Shown piece by piece: positions 28,660 to 42,461 of a DNA stretch of 64,000 bases; within the stretch, counting starts at the first letter, position 1; each line of letters begins with the position of its first letter. The stretch is taken from the NCBI GenBank assembly GCA_951406725.2, contig OX597825.1:21886001-21950000 (forward strand). The letters are read 5' to 3'. Source of the DNA: Octopus vulgaris. Taxonomy: Eukaryota. The notes below the pieces were generated by a model. That model was not told the DNA's origin. It made no database searches and worked only from the letters and a program-made list of their open reading frames with translations. A program made the translations under genes and the position numbers.

Positions 28660-29354
28660 CGTCTTAGTCCTTACACATATAAGCAAAGACTCATACACAC
28701 CTGCATAAGCCTACACAAAAACCCGCATAATACGTACCAATATCGCCATACTAGCTTTAATCTAGAATGTTGAGACAAAGTCGATTATTATTACAAGTAA
28801 GAGGAACTGATTATCGTTCTCTAAACGAAGAAAATTATAAGATATGAGATAAATATCTGGGCGTCAAAATCTCGATATTTTCTTTAAATAACAATCATTT
28901 TGAAAACATGACTCCATGGGAAAATCTAAATGGATAGGTGTGGATTAGAGGTTTTTCATTAACTTACTCTGATACCTAAATTGTATATTGGGGACAAGAA
29001 ACATATTATGAACTTACAGGTCTTGTCAGACTCATGACTGGTGTGAAATGTAATATTCTTAAGAAGTGTAATATTCTTAAGGTTAATTGTTTCAAATGCA
29101 CAGCCGAAAAATATTGCGCTCTGGTTTGACAGAATTTTGTCTGTGTGTATGTATGTCTGTCTGCGTGTCTGCCTGTCTACTTATGCATCTAATCTAACTA
29201 TATATATTTATCAAACAATCTCTGTGTCTGCTTGACTGTGTGTGGATGTAAATATATATGCGTGTGTGTATATGTGTGTGCGTGTGTGTAAGTGTGTGTA
29301 TACATACATACGTACACACACACACACATATATATATGTGCATATATATGTATA

Positions 29355-29416
<62 letters not shown>

Positions 29417-29479
29417 AAAGTTGATTTGTGTATATATATATATATAAGTTGGTTTGTCTATATATATATACACGCACAT

Positions 29480-29563
<84 letters not shown>

Positions 29564-29841
29564 TAATCATATATACAAATGTGTATATGTATGTGTGTAC
29601 GTTTGTATGCATGTTTGTTCATGCGGTGTATTAAATTACTTTCCGGTAATGTAACAAATTAAATTACAAGGGACACAAATTGTATGATAAGATGTAATTA
29701 AAATGCAATTAGATACTAAGTAATCAGGTACAATTAGCAATTAGCAAAGACAGATACCTAAGCGAGTAAAGGTAAATTTGAAAATCAAAGTTGTTTTCAT
29801 TATAATATAAAATTGTATATACATCGATACAGTTCTGCACA

Positions 29842-29878
<37 letters not shown>

Positions 29879-30648
29879 ACACACACACAGAGGAACGTAA
29901 AACTCAGATTAACATGAGACTCAGAGTAACAATTTTTGCAACGTGTTTGCAGCTTTAATAGGAAAGCATACTACTCTACCTTTGGTATTCGAGTACTATT
30001 TCCCCCCTTGTTTTGCATTTATGTGCTTCACATATACATTGCTTAATGAATGTAAAGGCAGCAGGAATCACGTAATAATTTTCATTAGCCAGCAGCTGTT
30101 TCTGTTATAAGTACGAGTGCACACAGAGATTAGTTCCTGTGTAAAATCATGTAGCTTCCTCAGACACATTACGCTGTAGTACAATTCGTTAATTAATATT
30201 AAGCTCTGAACCTGCCTATGGCTTTACTCTACAACAAATAAATACATGAACATACACACATGTATATGCATGAATGTATTATGCCTGTATGTATAGAACA
30301 CTCAGTAGGTTGGAAATAATTGCAAACCGGTTGAAGGAGTGGAGTTACAACATAAGTAATGGGTAAGAAGGAATATAGAAATGATAGTACTTCGACAAAG
30401 ATTTGAAAGGGGAAGCTAAATAAATATGCAAGAAATGTTGTGTGCAAACGTATCAGTCACGTAAAATGGCGTATACAGAATGTAAACGATAAATATTTTT
30501 TGAAAATAAAATATATTGCTATTTTACACTAATAATTTAATTGAAACACAGTAACACACACACACGTGTCCGCTAGCGCACACGCATGCACAAACAAGTA
30601 CACACAAACACACATACGCATATATATATATATATATATATATAACGC

Positions 30649-30740
<92 letters not shown>

Positions 30741-31136
30741 TTTGCAGCTGTTTCACAATATTGTTGGTTATATAATAGGTGTTATATTCAAATATATATA
30801 CATACACGTACAAACTTATACATATATACTTTAAGAGGAGATACCACCTCTCTCTCGCTCCCCCCTCTCTCTCGCACCCCCCTCTCTCTCACTCGGTATA
30901 GCCGTTAGAATAGTAGAAATATTCGAAGAATTACTTTCTTTTCCCTATAATATGAAACACATTCGACGCTTCCAGAGGCAAAAATACATTTGTGTGGAGT
31001 AGACGAAACAGGGACAACTGAAGAGGGGGATTATTCCTTGTGGTGTATGTCTTGTACTCTGTTTTCCATTGTTTGAAAAAAAGTTCGTTTCCACGTTTTT
31101 GTTTTTATGTTTTCGTTTCTCATTGTGTTCAATGTT

Positions 31137-31276
31137 TTTTTTTTATGTCCTGTACCCATATATGCATGTATATATACATATAGATGTAGGTATGTACATA
31201 TATGTATATATGCATATATTTATGCATCATTTATATTGTATATATATATAATTATATATATTCAAACATTATTCAT

Positions 31277-31313
<37 letters not shown>

Positions 31314-32182
31314 GTTCATTTTGTGATTGTTTATCCCAAACAAATTTGTCCTCTGGTTCTTTACGTCACTATTAATCGATTATTCCATGCTTTCCGCTAA
31401 AAATTCAGATATGGTGTCTGTGAATGGTAACTAGACTTAACAGACTGCAAAATGTGGCTAGCTTCGACAGACAGGGCATTGCACATCTAAACCATGTTAC
31501 CGATGCGTAAAGTAAAAATTAAAATATGTTATAATTAAACTCATGCTAGATTGTTCGTAACATATGCGACTCCCTCACGGGTATGGTTGGGGGACACTTG
31601 GGAAGAGAAGAATTGCTCATGATATCTCTGTTACTTCCATGGAACAATGATCGTAGATATTTTAATTAGCTGCGAGGAAAAATACTGTAATCATAACATC
31701 CGGATTAGTTTAGCTAAAATGGCGTTCAATTAAACAGATTCGGAAATATGTTAAGACATGAGACATGTTAAGTTGCCTGAAAATGATGGAAATGATGAAG
31801 ATGATGATGATGATGATGTTTGTGATAATGATAACGGTTATGATGAGGATGATGATTTTGATGATGATGATGGAGATTGTTATGGTTGTGATCGTTAGGA
31901 TGATCATGTCAACGACAACGACTATGACGGGGATAATCATCGTCGCGCGCATGATCATGGTGGTGGTGGTGGTGGTGAAGATTATGATGATGACAGCAAC
32001 GGTAGTGATGATGGTAGTTATGATGAAGTCGATGATGATGATGATGATGATGATGATGAGTGTGCGTGGAGCATAATGATGATGAGGAGGAGGAGGATGC
32101 GTGGAGCATAATGATGATGATGAATGCGATGGAGGTTATGATGATAATGCTGGTGTCGATGATGATGATGATGATGATGATC

Positions 32183-32230
<48 letters not shown>

Positions 32231-32270
32231 GTGATGATAATGATAATGACGACAAAGACGACAGCAACGG
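31137..32270 (+). repeat. Copy 1 of a ~1.1 kb local duplication (empty-site copy)
   Basis: Aligns with 33572-33720 plus 35157-36074; for example 31410-31720 versus 35250-35560 is nearly identical. Confidence 0.9.
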
Positions 32271-32390
32271 CATCGATGATGGTAAGATATGTAAACGACT
32301 ATGTGATGATGATGAAGGAGTGAAAAGGAATGATAAGATTTGAGTGATGCTCTGCCTGGAAGGATTCTGATTCAGGCGAAGTCTGTTGTA

Positions 32391-32425
<35 letters not shown>

Positions 32426-32612
32426 AATGAAGATAACGTCCGCTGATTCTGAGAATGTGATTATGAAGGCCATGATGCTCACGACGTTTATGGTGATATT
32501 ATTCCTGATAACGGTGCTGCTACAATATGTTGAAGGGTTATCAAGCTTTATGAGGATGCTCGAACAGTAGCAACAACAACAACGACAAGGAAAATTTATT
32601 TTACTTGTTGCC

Positions 32613-32658
<46 letters not shown>

Positions 32659-32857
32659 TATGTATATATTATAATAATATTTATATAATAATAATATTTA
32701 TATATTAACCAAAATTAAGTAGATTGACAAATGTATTTTTTGAACCAGTTTAAGACAGACGAGATGTCGAAATACCGTTCACTAGATAACAATGTCACTC
32801 TTCTTTTACTTTTGACTTAATAATGATAATAATAATAATAACAACAACAACAACAAC

Positions 32858-32889
<32 letters not shown>

Positions 32890-32951
32890 CAACAACAACA
32901 GCAATACTAATAATAATAGTAATAATAATAATAATAATAATAATGGTAATG

Positions 32952-33019
<68 letters not shown>

Positions 33020-33571
33020 AAGAAGAAGGAGAAGAAGAAGAAGAAGAATTATAATGATAAGAGCACTCAGAGAGCTTAAACCTCCGACAAGGCAACACCA
33101 ACGTCCTCTCAACAGTTAGCCAGAGATGATTTTTAAAATGAAAATATCTGATATATACTCGACTGCTCTCACAAACGAGAATACTGAGAATGAACCTGAC
33201 CGCTCTCAACAATTAGGTGAAAAACAAAAACCCGGGAAAATAGTCCAGAATCCTTGTCCGGTACCTGACCGATCCCAGTGGTGGCCATTGAATGTGAAGG
33301 TTGGCGTACGAGCTGTGTTTGTAATGCTGTGCGTGTGTCGCCTTCAGTGGCAACAGGGACAGTTTTCTCTACGAAGCATTTTTAATCTATCCACTGATAT
33401 AGTGTATTTACGGCCATTAAGGTTTATAATAAAAATATATATCTGAGCGTGATAGAAAACGGAAAGGACTTGTATACGGTGGTATTAATGGACGTTTAAC
33501 AACATCTTTGCACACAAAAACCTGGCGGCACAAGTTCGCATTCTCCTTACACGAAACTATCAAGCTAAACC

Positions 33572-33666
33572 TTTTTTTTATGTCCTGTACCCATATGTGC
33601 ATGTATATATACATATAGATGTAGGTATGTACATATATGTTTATATGCATATATTTATACATTATT

Positions 33667-33720
<54 letters not shown>

Positions 33721-35887
33721 TTATACATTATTTATATGGTTTCCGACCAGGAAGAAGCTGCTTAACTCAGCTCCTGCAGCACTATGACTGGGTGCTGAAA
33801 CAACTGCTCAACCACTCAAATGTTGAAGTCATATATCTCGACTTCGCAAAGGCCTTCGATAAAGTCGATCATGGAATGATATGTCACAAACTGCGTGATC
33901 TTGGCATAGTTGGAAAACTAGGAGAATGGCTTCATGACTTTCTGAAGAATAGAAGTCAGGTGGTAGTAGCCAATGGGGCCACTTCCATTAGCACGCAAAT
34001 AGTGAGCGGTGTTCCACAGGGCACTGTTTTGGGACCACTACTGTTCATAATGGCCCTCTCAGACATGCCCTCAGCCACGCAGAGATCCACGATCACAAGT
34101 TATGCAGATGATACAAAAGTTTCACAGGCAATACAGAACCCTGAGGACACTAAACACCTGCAATGTGAGCTGGACGAAATATACAAGTGGGCTGAAAAGA
34201 ATAGCATGCAGTTCAATGCTGGAAAGTTTCAAGCTTTATACTATCAGCATGCAAAACTGAATGCAATACCCAATGAATACACTGGACCCGGAGGGATTGC
34301 AATCCCAGAGGCACAATCAGTGCGTGACCTGGGTATTCACATGAGTGATGACGCGACCTTTCATGTACATGTTGCTAAACTGACAATGAAATGTAGACGG
34401 CTGGCTGGATGGATTCTTAGAACCTTTAGAACAAGAGAACAAGAAACCATGACGGTCCTCTGGAAGACACTTGTCCTAAGCCACTTTGACTATTGCTCTC
34501 AGCTATGGTCACCATCCAGTGTCAAGTTGATCACAGAACTTGAGGCGATCCAACGAAGCTACACAAAGAAGATAGCCTCTATGCAGAATGTAAGCTACTG
34601 GGAAAGACTCAAGAGATTAAAATTATATTCCCTGGAGCGTAGGCGGGAAAGATATGCCATAATATACATCTGGAAGATCCTGGAGGGAAGTGTCCTGAAC
34701 TTTGGCATCGAGAGTTATGCAAATGCCAGAACTGGGCGCCACTGCGTGGTGCCTAGGACTCCAAACCTGCCATCAAGATGTAGGACAAGATTCTGTGATA
34801 GCCTGGGCTTCCGAGGCCCACAGCTCTTCAATATCCTCCCGAAGAACCTGAGAGACCTGCATGGGGCGGATACAGATGTCTTTAAAATGAAGCTGGATCT
34901 CTTCCTGTCAGGTGTCCCAGATGAACCAACTTCACGGCAGGAGGGGCAGATGAGGGCAGCTGCATCGAACTCTCTCATGCACCAAATAGCAGTTGCTAGA
35001 AAGCCTCCATGAAGTGAAACCAAGTAGCAACACCAAATGGCGGTGCCCCAGCATGGCCACAGCTCATAAGTTGAAACTAGAATCAATCAATCAATCAATC
35101 ATATGTGTTGTGTGTTTGTGTGTATCAATATTTATGTGTATATATGTATATATTTCCAATTTGTGATTGTGTATCCCCCCAAAATTTGCCCTCTGGTGCT
35201 TTACGTCACTCTTAATCGATTATTCCATGCTTTCTGCTAAAAGTCTAGATATGGTGTCTGTGAATGGTAACTAGACTTAACAGACTGCAAAATGTGGCTA
35301 GCTTCGACAGACAGGGCATTGCACATCTAAACCATGTTACCGTTGCGTAAAGTACAAATTAAAATATGTTATAATTAAACTCATGCTAGATTGTTCGTAA
35401 CATATGCGACTCCCTCACGGGTATGGTTGGGGGACACTTGAGAAGAGAAGAATTGCTCATGATATCTCTGTTATTTTCATGGAACAATGATCGTAGATAT
35501 TTTAATTAGCTGCGAGGAAAAATACTGTAATCATAACATCCGGATTAGCTTAGCTAAAATGGCGAACAATTAAGCAGATTCGGAAATATGGTGAGACATG
35601 AGACATATTAAGTTGCCTGAAAATGATGGAAATGATGGAATTGATGAAAATGATGATGATGATGATGTTTGTGATAATGTTGACGATTATGATGAGGATG
35701 ATGATGTTGATTATGATGATGGAGATTGTGATGGTTGTGATTGTTAGGACTATCATTTGGACGACTACGACGATGACGGGGATAATCATCATCGCGCGCT
35801 AGATCGTGGTGTTGGTGGTGGTGGAGGTGGTGAAGATTATGATGATGACAGCAACGTTACTGATGATGGTAGTTATTATGAAGTCGG

Positions 35888-35929
<42 letters not shown>

Positions 35930-35991
35930 GTGTGCGTGGAGCATAATGATGATGATGAATGCAATGGAGGTTATGAGGATAATGCTGGTGT

Positions 35992-36043
<52 letters not shown>

Positions 36044-36074
36044 AGTAATAACTACGACAAAGACGATAGCAACG
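33572..36074 (+). repeat. Copy 2 of the local duplication, interrupted by the CR1 LINE
   Basis: Same sequence as copy 1, split at its (TA)n tract. Confidence 0.88.
33736..35100 (+). mobile_element. 5'-truncated CR1-clade LINE with an uninterrupted RT/C-terminal frame (33736-35012), short 3'UTR and (AATC)n tail
   Basis: YGFRPGRSC, YLDFAKAFDKVDH, SGVPQGTVLGPLLF, YADDT, RDLGI, DYCSQLWSP, LERRR; the first 46 aa of the listed ORF are microsatellite read-through. Confidence 0.95.
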
Positions 36075-36259
36075 CGAAAATAGGGCAGATAAAAAGTATA
36101 GACTGAAAGTGAGGACAGGCTCGAGAGAAGTGTCCACATTGTTGCCCGTTGGTCAGTCCGTGATCCTACAGAATATAAAACCAGTTATGATCGAGTTGGG
36201 CAATATATTTAGTAGAGCGTACGCTGTCACTGTTATTTCCCGCGCCATAAGAACTGGTA

Positions 36260-36680
36260 TGAACACAATCTACAGTCAGTCACTGAGGGAGACAGTGTTA
36301 CCGCACTATGGGATTATGGGATACATACAAGCAGGCAAATAAATACTAACACGTTAGACATCGTCATCAAAACCGTAAGACAAAATAACATGCCTGTTAA
36401 TGGATATGACATTGCCTACTGATACAAACAACTCAGCAAAAGAATTTGAAAACTGTCGATATACCACGGTTTTGAGATTGAGGTTATTAGGATGTGGCAA
36501 TTAACCAACAAATCCATGTCTATTGCTGTGGGTGTCCTCGGAATGTTCATGAAAGTTAATCAACTTACGAGGTTCAAAAGATTGTGCTGACATCACCCGC
36601 TCACCATCTCAGGAAGTTTCTCTCCATCTGATGTATACATGCTTTACATTTCTGGTGGAGTCCTGCAGGGAAGATGCAAT
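36260..36680 (+). mobile_element. Decayed Dong/R4-like RLE C-terminal fragment
   Basis: VTEGDSVTALWDYGIHT..DIVIK, L.MDMTLPTD.N.S.KEFE and IAVGVLG motifs, followed by an (AAT)n tract. Confidence 0.65.
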
Positions 36681-36826
36681 GATATGAAAATGATACAAGT
36701 GAGCAAAAACAATAAAAACAAGAACAACCGCTGCAACGATGATAATATTAATAACGATAATAATAATAAGGTAGTGAAAACATGAGATAATAATAAGACT
36801 ACTGAATAGTAATAATAATAATAATG

Positions 36827-36889
<63 letters not shown>

Positions 36890-37431
36890 TACTAGGCAGT
36901 GGCTCTCATGGCTTCTCATCTTAACTGATTGGAAGTGTCATCATATACATTGTTTTGTCTTGGTATAAAAGATGGGCTACAGCAAATATTCTGCTCAATA
37001 CCACAGATTTACTTGTCAGTTGTTTGACATTAACCAATTGAGCATGTCCCTTAGTGGTTGACTATATGTGCATCTCTGATGATGAGCAGAAGTAGTCAGG
37101 GAGCATCATAGCCATGTGCTGAGAGAAATTCTTTGGGGTTTGAATAATTCCCCTCTAAAAACATGGGTGTTTCGTTCAACATCCTTAAACAACCCTTATT
37201 CAGGGACCTTTTGAGCGGGATGGGCTACTTGACCAGAATAAAATTCTAACTGGGCCCCACCTGCAAGGTCATGTGCTGTTTATCTTGATATGCGATCACC
37301 ATGTCGCGCATACATGGTTGTGATGCATGTGCCTAGTGTACCCTTATCATAGGGGTAGTCATAATGGGTATACTCGGCTTCGTATATTTTACCTCATTGT
37401 CACTTTGATGGCATTCACTGCTCTCTCACTC
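36890..37431. mobile_element. Unclassified ~540 bp insert bounded by (AAT)n arrays
   Basis: Sharp switch to complex, more GC-rich sequence between two pure (AAT)n tracts; no recognisable ORF. Confidence 0.55.
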
Positions 37432-37523
<92 letters not shown>

Positions 37524-37529
37524 TATGGT

Positions 37530-37640
37530 TTCTTAAGCATTTACTAGTACAACACTAAGTAGAGAACCAAATATATGGCACCCTAGGCATAACGCCAACA
37601 TGAAATTCTAACTTGTTTCTTGAGGTCCCTGGGTGAAATT
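37530..37640 (+). mobile_element. 3'UTR fragment of the Dong-like family seen at 24940-25245
   Basis: Reverse complement of ~24970-25080 (ccaaatatatggcac..ggcataac..ttgaggtc.ctgggtga). Confidence 0.7.
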
Positions 37641-37686
37641 TTGGATTTGTTAATCCCTAATGAGGATATGGCATCCTTGACTTGAC

Positions 37687-37718
<32 letters not shown>

Positions 37719-37721
<3 letters not shown>

Positions 37722-38149
37722 TTTTACTTGCTTCAGGCATTTGACTGCTGCCATGCTGAGGCACAGCCTTTAGTCAAAAAAATCGACCTCAGGACTTATT
37801 CTTTATAGGTCCAGTACTTATTCTGTCGGTTTCTTTTGCCGAGCCGCTAAATTGGGAAGCGATCGCTGGGAAGCTGTGGTGGTGGTGGTGGTGGTGGTGA
37901 TGGTGGGGACAAACACAGATACAGAAATACATATATACATACATGCATATATATATATATATACATATTTATGCGTTTTTGTGTGCGAGTGTATTTGTAT
38001 ACGTCGGACTTCCTGCACTTTCCGTCTACTAAATCCAGTTATAAGTCTCTGGTCGACCCAAGGCCATAGTAGAAGACACATGCTCCATTTGCCACTGAAC
38101 TCGGAGCCATGTGGCTGGCAAGCAAGCTTCTTACAACACAGCCACTCCT
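37719..38149 (-). mobile_element. SINE family B, diverged
   Basis: Aligns with 24023-24420. Confidence 0.78.
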
Positions 38150-38189
38150 TATATATATATATATGTTTGTGTATTTATATATATATATG

Positions 38190-38338
<149 letters not shown>

Positions 38339-38728
38339 GTATAGTGAGATATATATATATACGCGCGTGTGTGTGTGTGTAAGGAATAATGAAGATGATG
38401 ATAGTAGTCGTAGTTGTAGCAGTAGCAGTAATAGTTGTGATGATATCAATACTGATGCGATAAATTGCATAATGTTGATGCCAATGATATCCAGTGATGT
38501 CGGTGTTGAAGACAACAAAATGGCGAATATGATGGTTTTAAAGATAATTAGGATAAAGTGGATTTGAAGCAAGAAGTTCGGAATAATATTGATCCAAATC
38601 ATGATTGATTGGGAATCTCTTACATACATATATCATGCTGTTTGCACACACACATACATATACACACACGAGCATTTATACGTGCGTATGTATATATATA
38701 TATTCATATATGCATTGTCTTCATTGCA

Positions 38729-38793
<65 letters not shown>

Positions 38794-38869
38794 GTATGTA
38801 TGTATGTATGCATGTATGTATGTATGTATGTATGTATGTATGTATGTATGTATGTATGTATGTATATGT

Positions 38870-39060
38870 TTGTGTGTCTGTGTTTGTCACCCCCGACATT
38901 GTGTTTACGTCCCCGTTACTTAGCGGTTCGGCAAAAGAATACGATAGAATAAGTGCGAGGCTTACAAAGCATACGTCCTGGGGTCGATTTGCTCGACTAA
39001 AGGTGGTGCTCCAGCATGGCCACAGTCAAATGGCTGAAACAAGTAAAAGAGTAAAGAGTA
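38870..39060 (+). mobile_element. SINE family B, 3' half
   Basis: cttagcggttcggcaaaag..ccagcatggccacagtcaaatggctgaaacaagtaaaagag. Confidence 0.82.
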
Positions 39061-40033
39061 AAGGAGTATTCCACTGCAGTTAATAGCATAATTCTGAATA
39101 AAAATCACCCTTATGTAGATAATACAGTGACAAAATTGATCAGTAAACTCCTTATATACGAACCCTGTACGTAAATACAAACACCTGTACCTCACCCGAA
39201 ACCATACAGCACATTACTAATAATGTTAGCCGAAACCTTTCGGAATTATCCTCAGGTATCGTCCAGAGACAGACGGCTTAACGAATTAGCTACATAGATG
39301 CCAATCACATCAGACTTTGTAGCAAAGGGGTCTCTTCTTTGAGAGAGATGGTGAACTACTTATATGTACAAATCAGCCGAAGACGATAGCTAATTTACTT
39401 CTAATTTGTTAAGCTTTATCGGTAACCAAGCATTGAACAATCATATTCGCTACCAAAAATTTTTAATGGCTTGACAATCTGTTTTTCTTTGCATATGCAT
39501 TATTATATGTTTCAATGTTCTCTTACCAGAGTGCGAACTGAGCCTTTATTTTACTTTACCAACACGCGAACTGCAACCTTTCCAATGCTGACCAATAAAA
39601 TGCATTGTGTATCCTTGGTTCGAGCTTTGAATATTTGATTGGTATCTCATAGGTATGAATTCAGAATGCTGGAAACCATATATGGACCGGGTCTAGTTGA
39701 ACAAAACGTGTTATAACGTATCTTCATATTGTGATATCATTAATACTTTTTAACAACACAGTGGTTTGTTCGTTCCTTCTTCCGTCAAAAGCACCAACTT
39801 TTTTAAAAGTGTCTGTGAGAGCTTAGTGAGATTAATTTCAGCACGATTATAAGAAATTTATGAATAATGCTGATTATGGTGGGCATATAGTCGTCCTATT
39901 GTCTCTATTTTTATTATTTTATTTTGCACCAGATTTTCGATGGATTAGCGAGACTGGTTAGTAATAGATACTGAAATATTGATAATGTCAAAAATATTCG
40001 TATGTCAAGAAATATGGCGCGGGCTCATGTGTG

Positions 40034-40342
40034 TGAAGGTGCATAGCCTTGAGGTTAGGGACACATACTCACGATCTCTAGATCGTGGGCTCGAATTCTT
40101 GACTGAGAGGCGCGTGGCCTTCTTGAGCAAAGCACTTCCACTGTCGTGACTCCAGTCCACTCAGCTATAAATGGATCACTCTGAGGCGGAGTATCTCCCT
40201 CTCGGTGGTGGTGAGGGGGACTGTTGTCTTGCTATCCCTAACCAGCGCGGTGGCATCATTTGATAGCTAAATCGAAGCAAAACGCATTGTGACCAGTGAT
40301 ATTTAACAACATGCGATAGTATGATGGATCACGCGATCACGT
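40034..40342 (+). mobile_element. Diverged tRNA-derived SINE carrying the family A type-1 tail
   Basis: tRNA-like head; cgcattgtgaccag..aacaacat..tcacgt tail as in 300-591. Confidence 0.6.
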
Positions 40343-40595
40343 AGTATATATATCATACACTTGTAGTATAGTCCGGCGTTGCCCGGGATTAAGCGTACAT
40401 TTTACTACTATGTTAGAGAATTTTACCTATTATTTCTACCAATGTATGTTTTTCTAACACCCTAGTCGCATTTAGTGACAATTATAGTTTTCGTTTTTGG
40501 TTAAACACTACAAACTTCTGTGTCTATCTTAATTATACATACATACATTTTTACGTATGTACTTATGTATATATGTATATATGTATGTATGCATG

Positions 40596-40635
<40 letters not shown>

Positions 40636-41009
40636 AGACAGCGGTTTTCAATTTATATATATATATAATGTGTGTGTAATACACATATGTATGCATATGT
40701 GTGTTGTGAAGTTGATGACCATGATTTCAGTCAAATTGTAGAAACACTTGGTGCGATTTAATCACATGTATTGTTATATACCAGTTGTAATCCCGAGTCT
40801 ATGCTAGGTGTCGTCGGACACATATTTATTAAGGCAGAATCGGTTCGAAATATGGTTGTGTATAACTGAATGTCCGTTCTACGAAACCTCAAGACGGAGC
40901 GAACTAAAGTTCAAGAGCACATACCGAGCGGCCCATTAACTTACCTGCCTTGTTTGTGTGGGGTTGGTTTGTAATAGCAAAACAAATACTTGTCGAGGGA
41001 ATTTGAACA

Positions 41010-41222
41010 TTGGTTTTAAAATTTTGCACAAGGTCAATAATTTCGCGTGTACGGGGTATTTTGATTACATTGACGCCAGTGCTGAACTGGTGCTAATTTT
41101 ATCGCGTCCGAAAAGTTGAAAATCGAAGTGGACCTCAGCGGATTTGTACTCATAGCGTAAGACGGACGGAATGTCGCTAATCATTTTTCGCGGCGCAGTA
41201 TCGATTCTCTAGCTCGTCATCT
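41010..41222 (-). mobile_element. SINE family C, diverged
   Basis: Similar to 17605-17815. Confidence 0.6.
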
Positions 41223-42461
41223 TCAAGGGAAGTGTATCATGTTATATAATCTTGCATATTTGAACTACTTTTTTGGATTATAAATAGGCGCTTTTTAAGA
41301 AGCTAATGTTAAAATATAAAATTACAATCTTCTGAGAGATACACTACGTTTCGACACAGATATTTCCCGACATATTTTATTGTCAATAATTCAGAATGTA
41401 ATGTTCACATGTGTAATGTGATTCATACACATGGCTACATGTAATTTTCTTTTCGATACTAAACGTCTACATTAAGACTTCGTATGTCATTGAACTAAGC
41501 GACGGTTAACACGAAAGTAACATCGAATTTACTTGTGCTGATATATATATGTATGGTGGCAATATATTTTCTCTGATCGTTACCGAATTGTGTTTCATAC
41601 TGAAAACATTGCATGCCATACCTGAAGCTAGCAACCAAATAACCAATGACAGATATCGTGCTGTAATTAAATGGACGAGCATCAAACAGAGGCTTTGCAT
41701 TTTTAGTCGGATTCTATAGTAATATTTTCCTGGGTAATTTGGCAGCATATCTATGCGCAATATTTTGCAGTTTCGTAAATGTTTCTCTCTTAGGTGTTTG
41801 TGAAGGGTCATAGACAAATGATTGCTTCCTTCCCGACCCCACAACTTTCTGCTTTCGCTTTTGAATGCTTATACTTTGAGGTGTTTTCAGATTGACCTTC
41901 AAATGGTCTTCAAATGATGTTTAGACTGCTGTTCAGCTTCTACCTTCCACCCGGGTATAGTATCAATATCAACGTTCCAGATGTTTTTGTTCATGCCAAG
42001 CACATATGCGTTTTATTACTAAAACAGCAGATTTCTTACATAGATCAGCAAAGAGTTAAATGTAGATTAGTTTACTAATATTTCATCAATTCATATCCTG
42101 TTGCAGTATACTTATCCGACAGTATACCACAGTATTCGTGTTATATTTTATGAGGACGTGTGAAGCAGAGGCTTTTGACGAAAATATCGTTGCTTAAGAA
42201 GTAATGTTTTTTTTTTTTCTTGCATTTCACTGGCAAACGAAATGACAAAAGATTTAGTGACATTACAATCAGAAAGACGAACATGTGATTACTAAAAATA
42301 ATAGTAACGCCGGAAATATAAGACGTGCTTTCATTCGTAAGGGTGTAAGCTTTCAGTGACAGGGTCGAGATGGTTGATCTGCTCCTACTGATAATACCAA
42401 GGGTAGCAAGTAGGTCAGCTAATATTTTGTACAAGAGGGTGGGTGGTAATGAAATCTAATG

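Noticed and set aside
31005-31045. GAAAC..CTGAAGA hammerhead-like words
   Set aside because: No stems consistent with any hammerhead topology.
31780-32440. CRISPR-like or coding-repeat interpretation of the GAT-rich arrays
   Set aside because: Degenerate trinucleotide microsatellites without a repeat-spacer structure, in a eukaryotic intron.
33060-33280. Possible Helentron/HINE-like terminus (agagcactcagagag..aaacctccg); similar idea for 40357-40392
   Set aside because: Resemblance from memory only; the second terminus and hairpin were not identified.
33597-33735. N-terminal part of the 471-aa ORF
   Set aside because: Flanking duplicated sequence and (TA)n in frame by chance; the LINE is 5'-truncated and lacks the endonuclease.
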